64,000 bases of DNA from Dimorphilus gyrociliatus. Lineage: Eukaryota > Animalia > Annelida. Where the stretch lies: positions 744,001-808,000 of the forward strand of contig CAJFCJ010000016.1 in assembly GCA_904063045.1 (NCBI GenBank), read 5' to 3'. The notes under the pieces were generated by a model. It made no database searches. It was given only the letters and a program-made list of their open reading frames with translations, and was not told the origin of the DNA. Shown here piece after piece: positions 40,084 to 53,204 of the stretch. How positions within the stretch are numbered: position 1 is the stretch's first letter; every line of letters starts with the position of its first letter. Position numbers and translations under genes: made by a program.

Positions 40084-41582
40084 GTGTGTATACATCTATA
40101 CATAGACCTATCGTACACCGTATACACTGTATGTTGCCAATATGTTGATCTTGATCAAACTATATCCCCCTTGTACTAACAATTCTCTCTTATTTCTTTT
40201 AATATAAAATGTATCAATCAGTTAGGTGTATTAATAACAATATGTATATTCAGTATGTATTTCCTATAGATCTATCTGACTTTCTAAACGTGTATAAATA
40301 TATGAATATACTGTATATATTTATATATAATGAACTACGTAAATTATCTTTATACATGTATATTACATAATATAGAAAAAAAAGAGAATATAAAAAGCAT
40401 AGCTTTAGTGCATATACAAGTATATAAGTCTATTTTCGTCGAAGATAACACCCATTGTATAGGCCTATAGTTGTGGGCGTGTTGTTCGAAGATAAAGAGG
40501 AAGAAATACCGGCGTCGAAAACGGAACAGAAATACGTCTACTTTTTTTTTCTGATCGATATATAGCTTTACTAGACACGCATTTTCCTATTAATAAATAC
40601 ATCTATATACTTTTTATAGTCGTCGTTATCATTGTTTTTATAAATTTTTATACATTTCTATGTATTTTAATATACAGTCTACAGAGAATATGTATATATT
40701 AATATATAATAGATGTATTAATTAATTATTTTACACTAAAATAATTAGTTAAAGCGTTAACCACATAGATCTCTTTATAAACGGAACGATAGAGATAATA
40801 GTCATAGTAATTTTAAGGGCAAACTATCAAAGGTTAACAAGTTTTTATATCAAACTATATTCTCGTATCCTTTAAGGAATAAATACTTTGATAAAGCAAA
40901 ACACAAGAAACTGATTAAGGAGAAGAAACAGGGAACAAGGGATAAATTTAGAGAAATAGATTGAAAACTTTTTACTTTTTGACTAAAATAAGAAAATATT
41001 ATGTGACTATTATAGCCGGAGGTTACTTTTTGTTAGATTAGTCTATTAAACTGGAAAAATTACATAGTCCTTTTGTGGTAAAGGAGGTCGAGTTTCTTTG
41101 ATCTACTTTTATAAAAGTGCAAGAGCAATTAGTAAGGAATAAATGATAGACGAAAATTTGTTCTACTCTTTATTCTTTATTTTCGTCTCCACCCTCTCCA
41201 CCTCTCTCTATCCTTATTTTTCCAATATCCTTCACTCTTCTTTCAACCTCAATTAAATCTATTCTATTCATAGACTTCTTAAATAATATGCATAACGTTG
41301 AAAATATTTTATAATAAGAATAAAAAGAAAGTAAAAATTTCTCTTTAGTAATGAATAAACGGGATAATAGATCATGCATTAATCGTTTTATCTTGCTAAA
41401 ATATGATTCATATCCTGAGGTCAGGGAAAGGTTCCGGTTCTCTAACTACAATTTGTATCATAAGCTAATGACCAGACAGCGTAAAATACATGCTGAAAGG
41501 TGAAAATATAATCTAGAGGCTCTAAACCAGCTTAAAGAGATGAGTAATCCTTTAAAAGAGAGAGAGATAGAGAGAGAGATAA

Positions 41583-41613
<31 letters not shown>

Positions 41614-42092
41614 GAGACAGACAGACAGACAGACAGATAGATAGAGAAATCTTCTTAATTGAAATAAAATTTTATATATCTTTAAATTAATTAGAGTAAA
41701 AAAATTTTTATAGATATATAGAGAGAAATTTTTTTCGAGTTATAAAAACTCTCAAGTCCCTTAATGGTTCTTCCCATCTCCATGAGGGAAGAAAGGAAAA
41801 TGATGAAAAAAAATGTTTTTGATTCATTAGCAAGATCTAATTTTTTATTCATCTAAAGGAATATGCAATAATTGAATTAAAAACGATTTATAGAGTAGAA
41901 CGTTTTACTTAAAAGGAATAAAATATTGGCTTTTTCACTGACATCTTTATATTAAATAACGTCTAAAGTTCCTTACCGGATAGAATAGTGCATCTACATC
42001 AAAAAGATGGATAGTTAAAAGATGACCAAAAAATATAAGGGAAAAGGAATGTTTAAAGAAAGGATATAAATAGGCATCGCGATAGATATAGT

Positions 42093-42137
<45 letters not shown>

Positions 42138-43559
42138 AAAAGAAATAAGTGACACCATAGATATTTGTAAACAGAGATTAAAAGAACGAAGGGAAAGACA
42201 ATTAACGATCATACCCTTAATTTTATGTTAAAATTATAAAAGATTAGGTGGTTAATTGATGAGCACTCTTTTTGATACTAAAAACTAGGTTCGAAATGTT
42301 TCAAGTGGTAATTGTTTGAATGAAACTCACCGGTACGATATCCGCCCTTAACAACCACATTTGCAGTATTGCGGAAGCCCGTCCACTTCACTCCGCTTAA
42401 TTAAAAAAATTAAAGCATAAATGTTCACATTTCATTTAATTCCACAGTGATTAACCTACTTTTTTCCTCTATTTTTTCCTTTCATTCAACACTCCCATCC
42501 TCCACTTCTTCTCGCTCTACCTCCCCTCACCTTCTTATGCCTAATAAGAAAGTGTCAGAAGTAAACGCCAAGTAAAGGTGTATTATTGAAATTAAGGAGA
42601 AGAGAAATAACGCTAGAATCACAGATGTTAAAATCAAAGAAAAATAACAAAAAGGAAAAATAAAAGAGAAATTTTACAAGAGTCAAATAAAAACAACAAA
42701 AAAGTATAGAAGTGGGAAAGCAGCACTCGCTCAAAAGGGAAAAAAACTGCAAGGACTAATTTATAGGGCTGCAGGTGCATGTTTGGTACACTTGGCTTTG
42801 AAATATTCAAAAGAAGAAATGACCGGCAAAGAAGAGATCCGTTGCAGTTGATTGATGCAGGAGAATAAATTGCGTTAGACATAAGGCCTTGGAGACAAAA
42901 AAATTGACGAATAATGAATTAAATGAATATTTATTCGGCATCGACAAAATTGCCTAGTCACGCTTTACAAACAAGACCTCCGACTTTTCATCGCTTGTAC
43001 ACATATACACTTATATATCTATATGTGTATAAATATTAATATATAAACATATATATATATATATATTTATTTATTTATTTATTTATTAGTCCCATTATCA
43101 ATCAAGTTTTTTCACTGTATACAGTAAACATTTGCCAAGCGTCTGTAATTATCCGCAAAGATTATTATTACTATAATCAATCACCGTTGAGTTCATATGT
43201 TTTTTCATTAACCCTGCTTTTTTCAAGACAAGCTAAGGTATAGAGCTGATTTTATTCCTACATTCTTCTCTTTTCCTTTCAACCTTTTACTTTTAAGAAG
43301 AGTTCAATCAATGAATGGATTAGGTAGTTGTGAGCAGCTTTGTCGCAAATATATACTTATATATCAGTATATACTTTTTCATTTATCGCTGAAAGCGGGA
43401 AAAACTTTACAGGATTTTCTCCCTACTAATTACACCTTTTTACCCGATAAACTAAACGGGTGTAAACTTTTTACTGCAAAGTACCCAATAATCGTTGACC
43501 AAAAGAATTGAATCTATATACTGTATAAATGAGAAAGAAAGAGAAAGAGGGGGAGGGAG

Positions 43560-43602
<43 letters not shown>

Positions 43603-44929
43603 AATAAAAAATAAACAAAAATCTGAAGTATTTCTTGTCTTTTTTTTTTAAAAAAAAATGGAAATATAATTAAAAAAATACAGATTCCAATTTTTTCCTT
43701 ATTATTTGTACAATTAACTTTTCACGCCAAAAATTAACGTAAAACGTCGCAATAATTCGTAGTAAATTGACTTTTTTCATTGTTTATCATCTGCTTAATG
43801 GAATTAAAGGCTTTTAAGCCTTCTACACTAATTGTATGAAGAAAAAGGAATAGCATCGTATAAATTGTCTATATTATAATTCAAAGAAAAGGAGAGAGAG
43901 AGAGAGAGTTAGTCATTGCGTGTAAAAAACGAATTACCTCTCTTTTGGCATTATAGGATTAATTTTTATATAGTTTTATTTAATGTATGTAGGAATGACA
44001 TACTGTGGTTATAAATTTATATAAACATATATTCTGTATATAATACGAAATGCTGTACAAGAAAAAATTGTATTAGATAATAAAATAATAATGAAAAAGA
44101 AACAAGGTATATTTTTGTATTTGAAATAAAATGAAAAGGTAGAAAGGGATGAAAAGACTAGGAAATCAATGAGGAAAATTGTGTTTTTCCCTATTGATTG
44201 ACGGAATGGTGAGCACAAGTTGAAAATAAAAAAAAAATGCACTAAAAACTATATAAAAGTGAATTGGAATTGGTAAACAGTGCATAACAAACAAGGTTTT
44301 AAATGGCCCTAATTTTCTTTCTGAACGATGAGATACTTTACATGTTTGTTTGCCCCGTTTGTCGGAACTTTTTACTATATTTCATTTGTTTAATGGAAAC
44401 AAGGAAGGTGAAATTTGAAAGAAGATTTTCGATCGTTGAGGCGAGAAGTTTATTTAACGCTAGGTGGCACTCTTCAACCCCTTGTGATAAACGAGATTTA
44501 TTTAGAATGATAATGATTTATTGTCGTAAGAAACTGTTTATTATTTTTGTTGTTTTTTTTAATACCTTGTCTTGATATTCATGGCGTAACATTGTTGTTT
44601 ATTATGATTTATATTTATCTTATAAATTGCAATAACAATAACAACAAACAAACGACAATATACATAGACATTCGACGACTATGAAGACAAACAACAATTG
44701 ATATGTAAAAAAGAACAAAAAGAAAAATATTTCATGAGTAAATTTAATCATGTATGACAAAACCTTTCAATAAAACTTTGATGTGTTTATGTAGCTATGA
44801 TTATATACGCCTATTAAAAATGTACTACTTTATACATTTTTATACATTTATGAGCAGATCAGATGAAAGTTAAATGCATTATTACGACTATTATCATTAT
44901 TGTTACAATATTTTTTTTCGTTTTTAATT

Positions 44930-44995
44930 CCTTCTCTCTCTCTGTCTGTCTCTCTTCCTCTTGTCTCTTTTATTTTTTCTTCTCTGTTTCTCTGT

Positions 44996-45028
<33 letters not shown>

Positions 45029-45160
45029 ATCTGCCTCCCTACCTTCCTCTCTCTCTCTTTTTCATCTGCCTCCCTCCCTTCCTCTCTCTCTCTCTCTCTC
45101 TCTCTCATCTACCCCCTCCCTTCCTCTCTCTCTCTCCCTCTCTCTATCTCCCTATCTATA
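44930..45160 (+). repeat. CT-rich compound repeat with a duplicated unit (ctcatctgcctccctacc/ctccc...)
   Basis: Pyrimidine tract with about three recurring units; source of four overlapping low-complexity ORFs. Confidence 0.9.
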
Positions 45161-47784
45161 TCTTTAAAAACCTAAAACTAAATTGAATTAGCAAATTTCC
45201 TACCCATTTTCTTTATTCATAAAAATTTGTTAATTTTATTAAGAGAATTAATATAATGAGAATAATCCAATTTGTACCAAAAATAAGAATATAATATCCC
45301 ATTGAAAGGTTTAATAGCTATTGAAATCCTTTTGGGTACAACAAATCTATATTTGGGGAGATAGTTAGGTTTCAAATTTCCTATAAATTCTTAACCGATT
45401 GCTTTAGTGGGATTTGCGTCGCAGTATAAGGCTTAAGTTGACGCTAACTACTTAATTTCAATGCTCGAATCATTCCGCCTTCTTTTCCTGAAGACTATTG
45501 GTGGAATAACCGATCATTGTAAATCAATATATTTCTTGCAATAAGTGTTTTGTTCAGTTTAAAAGAGAAAATTCGTTAAGATATTCTACTGATATTTATG
45601 AACAATATATTACAATATTTAGAATACACATCTATACATATATACATATATAGATATATATAAAAAATTGGGCCATTATTTAAATATTCCATCCGGTGTT
45701 GTCAACACCAACTTTTCTAAAAGAAATTTATTATTCATAGTAGTTAAACACCGCTACGCAAACCATACTAATAGCAAGTTAGATCAATGAATATTTATAT
45801 AGTTAAATAGCTATAAGTTTGCATATAACGTTCTCAATAGACTATCTCCTTATTATTTAATACATTCTACCGGTTGCTTAACCTTGCTACTTTTATGAGC
45901 CTATGCATAGGCAATTCCTATATACTGTAGATCTTTTGCATATTTTTCCTATAAACAGGCAAAAAACTCTTTCCGGTTGTTTTTTTTTTTTCATTTTCTT
46001 TCACTCTATCCTGCTTAGTTATTCTTCCAATCCCATTTCGGTAAAGGAAAGAACAGTTATAACTTATTGATAGAGTAGGAAACATTCGTTCCCAGATTCA
46101 TTTTAAGGGATTACCTTGTTAATCTCTTATATTCCCTCTATACCTAATTAATCTTTATTGTTTTCTTAACGTAAAAAACTGTTGACGTCGCCGAATAGAA
46201 TTAAGAAAAATGCCCGAAAACTAACGCTTTTAAATATTGTACAGTTTAGTATGGATTTATCAGCCTTAAAGCTTTTCCCATAGATTTTACTGCATAATTA
46301 ATAAACGTAATATTTTAGACAATTTACTCTCATCGTTACAGCTTCATGCTTAATTCGCAGTCTCAGATGTTAATTAATTTGCGTTCGTTAGCCCCTCTTT
46401 CGCTTGAATATCACCAATTAACTGACAAAGCGGTTTCATAAAGAAACGTTACCCCCTAATGATTACTCGTTCAGATGGCGCCACTTTACAAACGAGTCAA
46501 TTACAACTAATTGTTGAGGTAATCGACCGCATATTGTCTCCTTTTTTGTTAACGGTAAAAAAATATAAAATAATTATCAGATGCAATGTCGGTGAAATCT
46601 ATAAATTAGTTATATTACGTAATACGTGACATCCTGTACTAATGTCCTAATTATAGAGACACACCAAGAAAGGGAAGAAAAACAGGTATAATTAAAAAAA
46701 GTTATAAATCTAGAGAGAGGGAGAGAGAGAGAGAGAGTGAGAGGGAGAGGGAGGGAGAGAGGGAGATACCTTGACATATAAATACAACTCAAACTAACAT
46801 GTATTCTTTTCTTATCTGGCTATTTAAACTCTCCCTCCTCTCTCTCCTTGCTTTTTACCATCAGCAAAATAGAGACTACATACTACGTACATACTACAGT
46901 ATAAGAAAGATGACAGCTTATAAACTTATCGTTAAACAAGTAGGTGGCGCTATCAGAAATTTTTTTACTTGCAGTAGACAAATGGTAGTGACGTATATGA
47001 AGTACATTATTTCTATACAGATATATTTTAAAGATTACGTAATCTTAGTATATTTTATCATTAAAAGATGAAAAGAAAATATAATGTTTCCACTCTGCTC
47101 TTCCTATCATCTTTCAACGTCATTGAATGGGAATAATTGAATTGTTTCGATATTCGAAGGAGACTTTTCGAATGATAGTAATTTCCAAATGAAAATTAAT
47201 AAAAAATACTTAAAATATATAGAAACTAAACTATAGAGATTTGAGGATAATCCATTATTTTATACATTGAAAGCAAAACGAATGAATATGGTACAAACTT
47301 TCAATAATGCTAGTATTGATAGAGCAATGTAGAGCGAAGAGAATATTTGTTTATATTTTCTATTGTTCGACATAACCGACAACTAAAAAGGTATATTATC
47401 TATTGGCTTTTTTAAATGTTCACCATAGAGGAAATCAATTTGAACTATGACAAACGATAGAGGAATAAACATTCTTAAAATAAGTTTTATTGAATGACTG
47501 AACGAAGAAAGTTTGAAGTTTAGCTTGCTTATGTAAAAAGTTTAATATGAATAAAATTGAATAACATTTCGAAAGGGAAAGGATAATCTCTTTTTCGTCC
47601 ATGAACAGACCACTCTTTTGCTAGTGTATTAAACAAATTATTTTCTTCAGTTTCCAACGAAATACGTAAACATAGATTTTATTACAGCTCCTTTTCTTAT
47701 TGCTAGCCTTTACACAGAACAGTAAGATATTGGCTTTCTATTCTTTCAAGAAATTATTTATGTCATTTGCTGTATAGGAAGAGG

Positions 47785-48070
47785 ATTGTTGCTGTTGGAC
47801 AAAAGTTTATTTAGTCATTTGCAATACGATAGCTGTAAGAATGAAATTGAATATGTTGTCTTTACTGCAGTCGGTGTTGGTATTAGGCGTAATGGTCTAG
47901 GATTTAGAGAATACAATCCTTACATGCGTACCATAACATTTGGAAATACCTAGAACTGTAGGAATTACGAGGAAAAAGAAAGATGATATTCATTTCAAGA
48001 TAAATATAATTAGACCTCGAAGTAGACCAAATAGGTCGCTAAACTACAAATTTGCTGTAAGATTTGTATA
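47785..48070 (+). pseudogene. Decayed partial tandem duplicate of the downstream GT92 gene
   Basis: Translates as IVAVGQK / HLQYDS / AVGVGI...FREY / HLEIPRTVGITRKKKDDIHFKINIIRP, versus IIVVGQK / RLQYDS / PAGIGI...LREY / HFEIPRTVGITRNKADVVDLKINIIKP in the intact gene. Contains a deletion, frameshifts and stops. Confidence 0.85.
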
Positions 48071-48160
48071 GTACTTTTAAATAGTACAAAAAACATGTAT
48101 TTTTCGTTCCATTAGCATACGCTTCCCCTAGTATCAATAGACGAAAGCTCCGTTTTAAAA

Positions 48161-48172
48161 CACTAGATGGCC
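48161..48172 (+). promoter_or_regulatory. CTCF-like motif CACTAGATGGCC upstream of GT92
   Basis: Close match to CCACTAGATGGC, about 410 bp before the proposed ATG. Confidence 0.5.
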
Positions 48173-48572
48173 TCGCTGCCAAGTCTCATATAATATTGTA
48201 TGCGAAAGCTTTAAAGGATTTTCGATTTACTGTTCAAGCAGGGTTCACTTTTATATGCATCTAGCATTTTGTTTTTAAACCATTTTGAAATCTCTCGGGT
48301 TATTAACTAGGAAGGTTAATTAACTTATAAAAGGATTACTTTGATTATATATAAAGGAATGTGTAGCTTAGCCACCTTTCATTCAACGATTAATAGTAGC
48401 TTTATATTGGTGAGTATTACTAAAAGAAATAAATATATAAAAAGAATGTAAAAATATAAACTTTCTTGGTATCATTGAATGCTATCTCCTTCTCTTGTTA
48501 GAATAGCTCTTCTCTCCGCACACCACCCCCTAACCTACATATACAATATTTCTATTTCTTTATAGGTTTAAT

Positions 48573-50126
48573 ATGCTAAAGTTGTTTGTATTACTCGGTA
48601 GTCGTGTCTTGCCAAAGCAATTAATAGCTATATTTATATTTAAATAGTCTCCCATTCTATAGCCCCTTTCCTTAAAAATATTCATATTGTCACACTCTTA
48701 CCTTACAGAAATTAGTCTCATCGCTTATTGGACTATTAGTCTGCTTTCTCTTATATTCTAATTTACAACTAAGAAATGATTTTCAATACGGTGAAAATAG
48801 CCATAATTCAGATATTGAAATATTTTCGGTCGATGAAGATGTAAAGCTTGAACAACAAGAAAGAGATCAATTCAATGACACTGCTCCTGTATGGAGAAAA
48901 ATAAATAATGAACATTTGTACATTTATTCGGCCTATTATGATGATAGAAATTCGCTAGGTTCATGGCCTCAAATCCAGATTATTGTTGTCGGTCAAAAGT
49001 CAACGATGGAAGGTAGCACCCAATTCTGTCGTCTGCAATACGATAGCGGAAAGTTGGACATTGTAGATGCTCTTGTTAATCCAGCCGGTATTGGTATTGG
49101 TCACGATGGTGTATGGCTTAGAGAATATGTCCTTACATGCCAACTGAAACATTTCGAAATACCTAGAACGGTAGGAATTACGAGAAACAAGGCAGATGTG
49201 GTTGATTTAAAGATTAATATAATTAAACCTAATAAACCAAAAGTTAAAAAGGTAATGGCACAAACCTACGGTTCTTATGTGTTTACTTTCATGTAAAGAG
49301 ATACACTCTTTCTTTTCTCTTTTTCTAGGATTTTGGTCTGTGCATTATATGTGCTTTTTGGAATATAGAGCCGTTAAGGATAATTCAATATGTAGAACTT
49401 TACAGATTACTAGGAGTTTCGAAGATCTTTGTTTATAATAATAATTTATACAAAGATTCTTTAGCAACTTTTAAAAAGTATGAAAAGATTGGATTAGTTA
49501 ATGTAAGAGACTTTAAGACAGGATATTTTGTGCATCAAGATCCTGATAGACCGGAAAGCGGATATAAATCTCAGGCTTCCGGAGCGGTGAACGATTGTAT
49601 TTTAAGAAATATGCACGTGTTTAAAAAGTTAATAATCGTCGATCTTGACGAAATAATTCTACCTCATCAGCATGATAATTTTAAAGATCTGATTAACTAT
49701 ATGGACGATCAATTCCCGACCAGCCATCCTGGTAGAAGTTACGTTTTTCGTAATGCATATTTCTTTACAGACTTTCAACAGAACGAAGAATTTCCGCCTG
49801 AATTAACAGTTCTAAGAACTCAAACCCGGGCTAAAGTTAGTAATAAGGGATACTCCGTTAAATCGATAATCGATCCGCAAAGCTGTGAAGCCATGCACAA
49901 TCATATTTGTTGGAAATACACAAAATTACACGATATATCAGGTAGAAGTGTTGAAGTTCCACCAAATATTGGATTGATGCATCATTATAAAAAATGCCAT
50001 TTTACCATCTCAAAATGTGGGAAAATGTTAGCACTTCCGGTAAGTGATGATACCATATTAAGATTTAAAGATAAACTAATAAAAAGTGTTCAAAGAAGAG
50101 CCAGAGAATTTGATATTAAATTCTAA
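48573..50126 (+). CDS. Glycosyltransferase family 92 (DUF23, galt-1-like) type II Golgi protein, about 451 aa
   Basis: Exons 48573-48587 (tentative), 48709-49251, 49329-50126, all phase 0. N-terminal signal anchor; YIYSAYYD, FGLC, YVELYRLLGVSKIFVY, AVNDCILR, DLDEII, VKSIIDP and HNH motifs fit GT92. Confidence 0.88.
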
Positions 50127-50549
50127 TTGAAACATTAAAAAAAAGGAAAGTAAAAATGGGGTCTCAATTACTTTATATTGAATATATTTTTTGTAATAAG
50201 CATCTCAAACAGTGAAAATATAAATTATCTATTTTATTGTGATGTGCAAGATATTTAATAAATTCTCTAATTTGAATGAGTTTCCCCTCTTTTTGAATAA
50301 ATCCTTAGGTAATCTATCACATACTTTGACATTTGCTTATTATTATTCGACTGACTTTTTGAGATATAATAGAGGATAGTATTAGAAATACTTTTCATCC
50401 CCTTTATAAACTAGTACACTCTTATTCGAACAGCTATTTGTATTCATATATTCATATTGGAAGGAATTTTTGTATTGAACACTAGGCCTAGCTGACATTG
50501 CTCATTGTAGTTCAAGGTTGAACACTAGAAGCTTTATTAATCAGGAAAG

Positions 50550-52688
50550 ATGGTTTACATGAGTCGTTTTGTGCTCTTGTCGCTTTTATGCATAGCTTCC
50601 ACTCATTGTAAACTTTACGTAGCGTTTGGTGGAAACGGATTTATAGGCACAGCCTGCATATCTAAATTAATTGATTCAGATCACAAAATTGTGATTGTTA
50701 GCAGAGGAAACTGGTATTTTGACTCTGACAATATTATAAAGCCTAATGTAAGGCAAATTAAATGTAATAGAAGAGAGGAATTATCAAGGTTAATAGCAAA
50801 TTTATCAATATATTAGTTACTAATTGCTAACCGATTTAGATGCGAAGAATTAATGAAATTTATAGATGAAACGGAAAAGATTGACGCTGTCTTAGATTTC
50901 TCTGGAATATCCGACTTTCATTCTGCTCAAGTTTTGAAGCACTTTAATAGAACAAATGTCGAATTTCACCTACATATAAGTACCGATTCTCTATATGATA
51001 TTAGTAAACTAAAAGAAAGTGACAGATACTCAAAAGAATCAGATTCAATTAGACCCAAGAATGAAAAAGAAAAACAGAAAATTGCAGCTTTTAATGATGC
51101 CGACTGGATGTATAAAAATCCCGTTTATCTACCAGATTTTAAAGGTTGAAAGTTCAATTAGTTTATCACCTGGCTTAATCTTTAAACAAGTTCTACAGAA
51201 TGTATAACAATAATAATAACAATAACAACAACTTTTATTTTTCAGTTGAATTGACTGGAGATGACTTAGATTCCTACGGTGATCTTAAATTAGCTGCCGA
51301 AGAGGTTATTGTAAAATCATTCGACGAAGGCAACGCTCCTAACTATATATTTCTAAGACTTCCAGCTGTTGTTGGTAGTAGAGATACCACTTATAGATGG
51401 TGGCTGTATCAACTATGGATAAGAATGTCTCAACATATACCAGAAAATCCTGTACCTTTACCAAAAGCCATTAAAGTGAGTTTTACTTTAAATCTAATTT
51501 AGGACCCTGTTTGATAATTTATTTACATGATTAATGAGAGTATTTTATTTTGAATATTTTGTATGAACGTCATTATTGAAAGGCATAGCCTTATTCTCTC
51601 TTTGAAACTTTTGAACAGTTTTGCAATGTATGAGTTGTTGAAATGTTTTCCAATTCTTAGATCATCTACGTTTGTATATGGATGTTTACCTACCCTTCTT
51701 TTCAAGTAGAACCGAAGGTTTTCAATTGGATTTAGGTCAGTATTCTGGGCTGGCCAGTCTCGAGAGTAGTTTATTTTCTTCTACCTTAAATATTTTAAGA
51801 TGCTCTTAGACGTATGTCAGGTAGTTCCATCTTACATTAGAACATTGTACCTTTTACAGGAATTTCTTGATATTTAATATCAATGTTCAATTGATTGATT
51901 GATGTACTTGTAGGATAGACGCCTTCTGACGAACTTTGTTGCTACATAGCCTCTTAAAGTATCCTTTCTTAGTATACTCTTACAGGTGGAAAATGATCTA
52001 ACTGGTCCAAAGTCAGATGCTGCTAAGATTAGACATAATAATCTTTCATCCCACTTACTCAATTGTGCCATATTTCTTGAACTCTTTCCAAATCCTTTGG
52101 CCCCCACTCCCAGATATTTTCAACATCTCTGCAATTTTATTCAGTTATAGCCCTTCTTATATATATAGTTGCAGTTGCAGTATACCAATTACTAATTGTT
52201 TGCCTCCCAAAAAACAGGATAGACCCATGAGTGTTGTTTACGTTGAAGATGTTGCTACTGTAGTTGAGAACGTTCTAGCTAACCCGAGAGCCTACAACAA
52301 GCCTTATAATTTAGCCATTGAGGAGACGCCAACTCTGACTGAATTCTTAAAAGAAATAGAAGCTAATTTAGGCGTTCGTAAAGCTAATTACAAAGTGGTT
52401 GAGGAAGGCATCTACGCATATCCAGATGTTAGAAGAGGACCTGTAGATATATCTAGGGCAAAAGAAGAATTGCAGTTTAAGCCAACATCCCTCAAAGAGG
52501 TCGTAAGGAGAACAATCAAATATTACGAAGATGCTATGAGTAAACTACCGAAAACAAGAGATGAGTTTCTTAAAATTTTAATTAAAGAAGTATTCAATAA
52601 TCAAAAGGAGAAGTTTATTGATAAAGTCGGAGCTTTATACAATATCAATTTGGATCAACTCAAAGTGAATGTTAAAGAAGAATTATAG
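50550..52688 (+). CDS. Extended short-chain dehydrogenase / NAD-dependent epimerase-dehydratase family protein with signal peptide and C-terminal KEEL, 414 aa
   Basis: Exons 50550-50788, 50840-51144, 51246-51475, 52218-52688 are phase-consistent. GGNGFIG Rossmann motif, HISTDSLY, SYGDLK (YxxxK), LRLPAVVG, VYVEDVA, YNLA. Starts MVYMSRFVLLSLLCIASTHC and ends NVKEEL*. Confidence 0.9.
51520..52160 (-). mobile_element. Degenerate, internally deleted Tc1 transposase inside intron 3 of the SDR gene
   Basis: Minus strand gives an N-terminal HTH (LNKIAEMLKIS...RIWKEFKKYG), a second HTH (LSKWDERLL...FVRRRL) and the C-terminal DWPAQNTDLNPIENLRFYLKRRV at about 51758-51690. Most of the DDE core is missing. 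Confidence 0.8.
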
Positions 52689-53119
52689 AAACATTATGAT
52701 TTGATTAGCATAGTTTTTTTAATCGTGCGCGAAGCTTGTTTATAGATTGTAATGAGTAGTGAAACTTCTAAGAAGTCGAAATTACATTCTGTGCGAGATA
52801 AAACAACTGCTTGACTACTCAATTACACCTGTCAAGTTTCTATTGCTAGATATTAATACAACGCAATTAAGTTTAACCAAACTTAAACCTAATTCTTATA
52901 TAAACCAGCTTAATATCTTAGTGTAAGCAAATATTAAGTATACGAAAGAGTCAATGCCTCGACAGGAAGCTGTTTACTCATATTATTTTCGTATTATTTA
53001 TTTATCTTGATAACGTATTTTCACAAAATATTAAATTTTACATTTACTTATTATTTAAATCTTTATTAAAAAATTTCATCTTTTATTGAGCTAAAAAGAA
53101 AAATATATATTCGGTGCGG

Positions 53120-53132
53120 GTCTCTTGGTAAC
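53120..53132 (+). promoter_or_regulatory. RFX X-box-like motif GTCTCTTGGTAAC
   Basis: Matches the 13-bp GTNYC-N-RGNAAC-type X-box, about 70 bp before ATG 53205, in a GC-richer patch. Confidence 0.45.
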
Positions 53133-53204
53133 AAAAGACGGGCGCCTAGCGATTGGATCTTGAACAGCATAGTTACAAATTTGAACTAAATAAAAAGTGA
53201 AAGA

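Noticed and set aside
52017-52217. N-terminal part of ORF 52017-52688
   Set aside because: Intronic and antisense to the Tc1 relic; the true exon starts at 52218.
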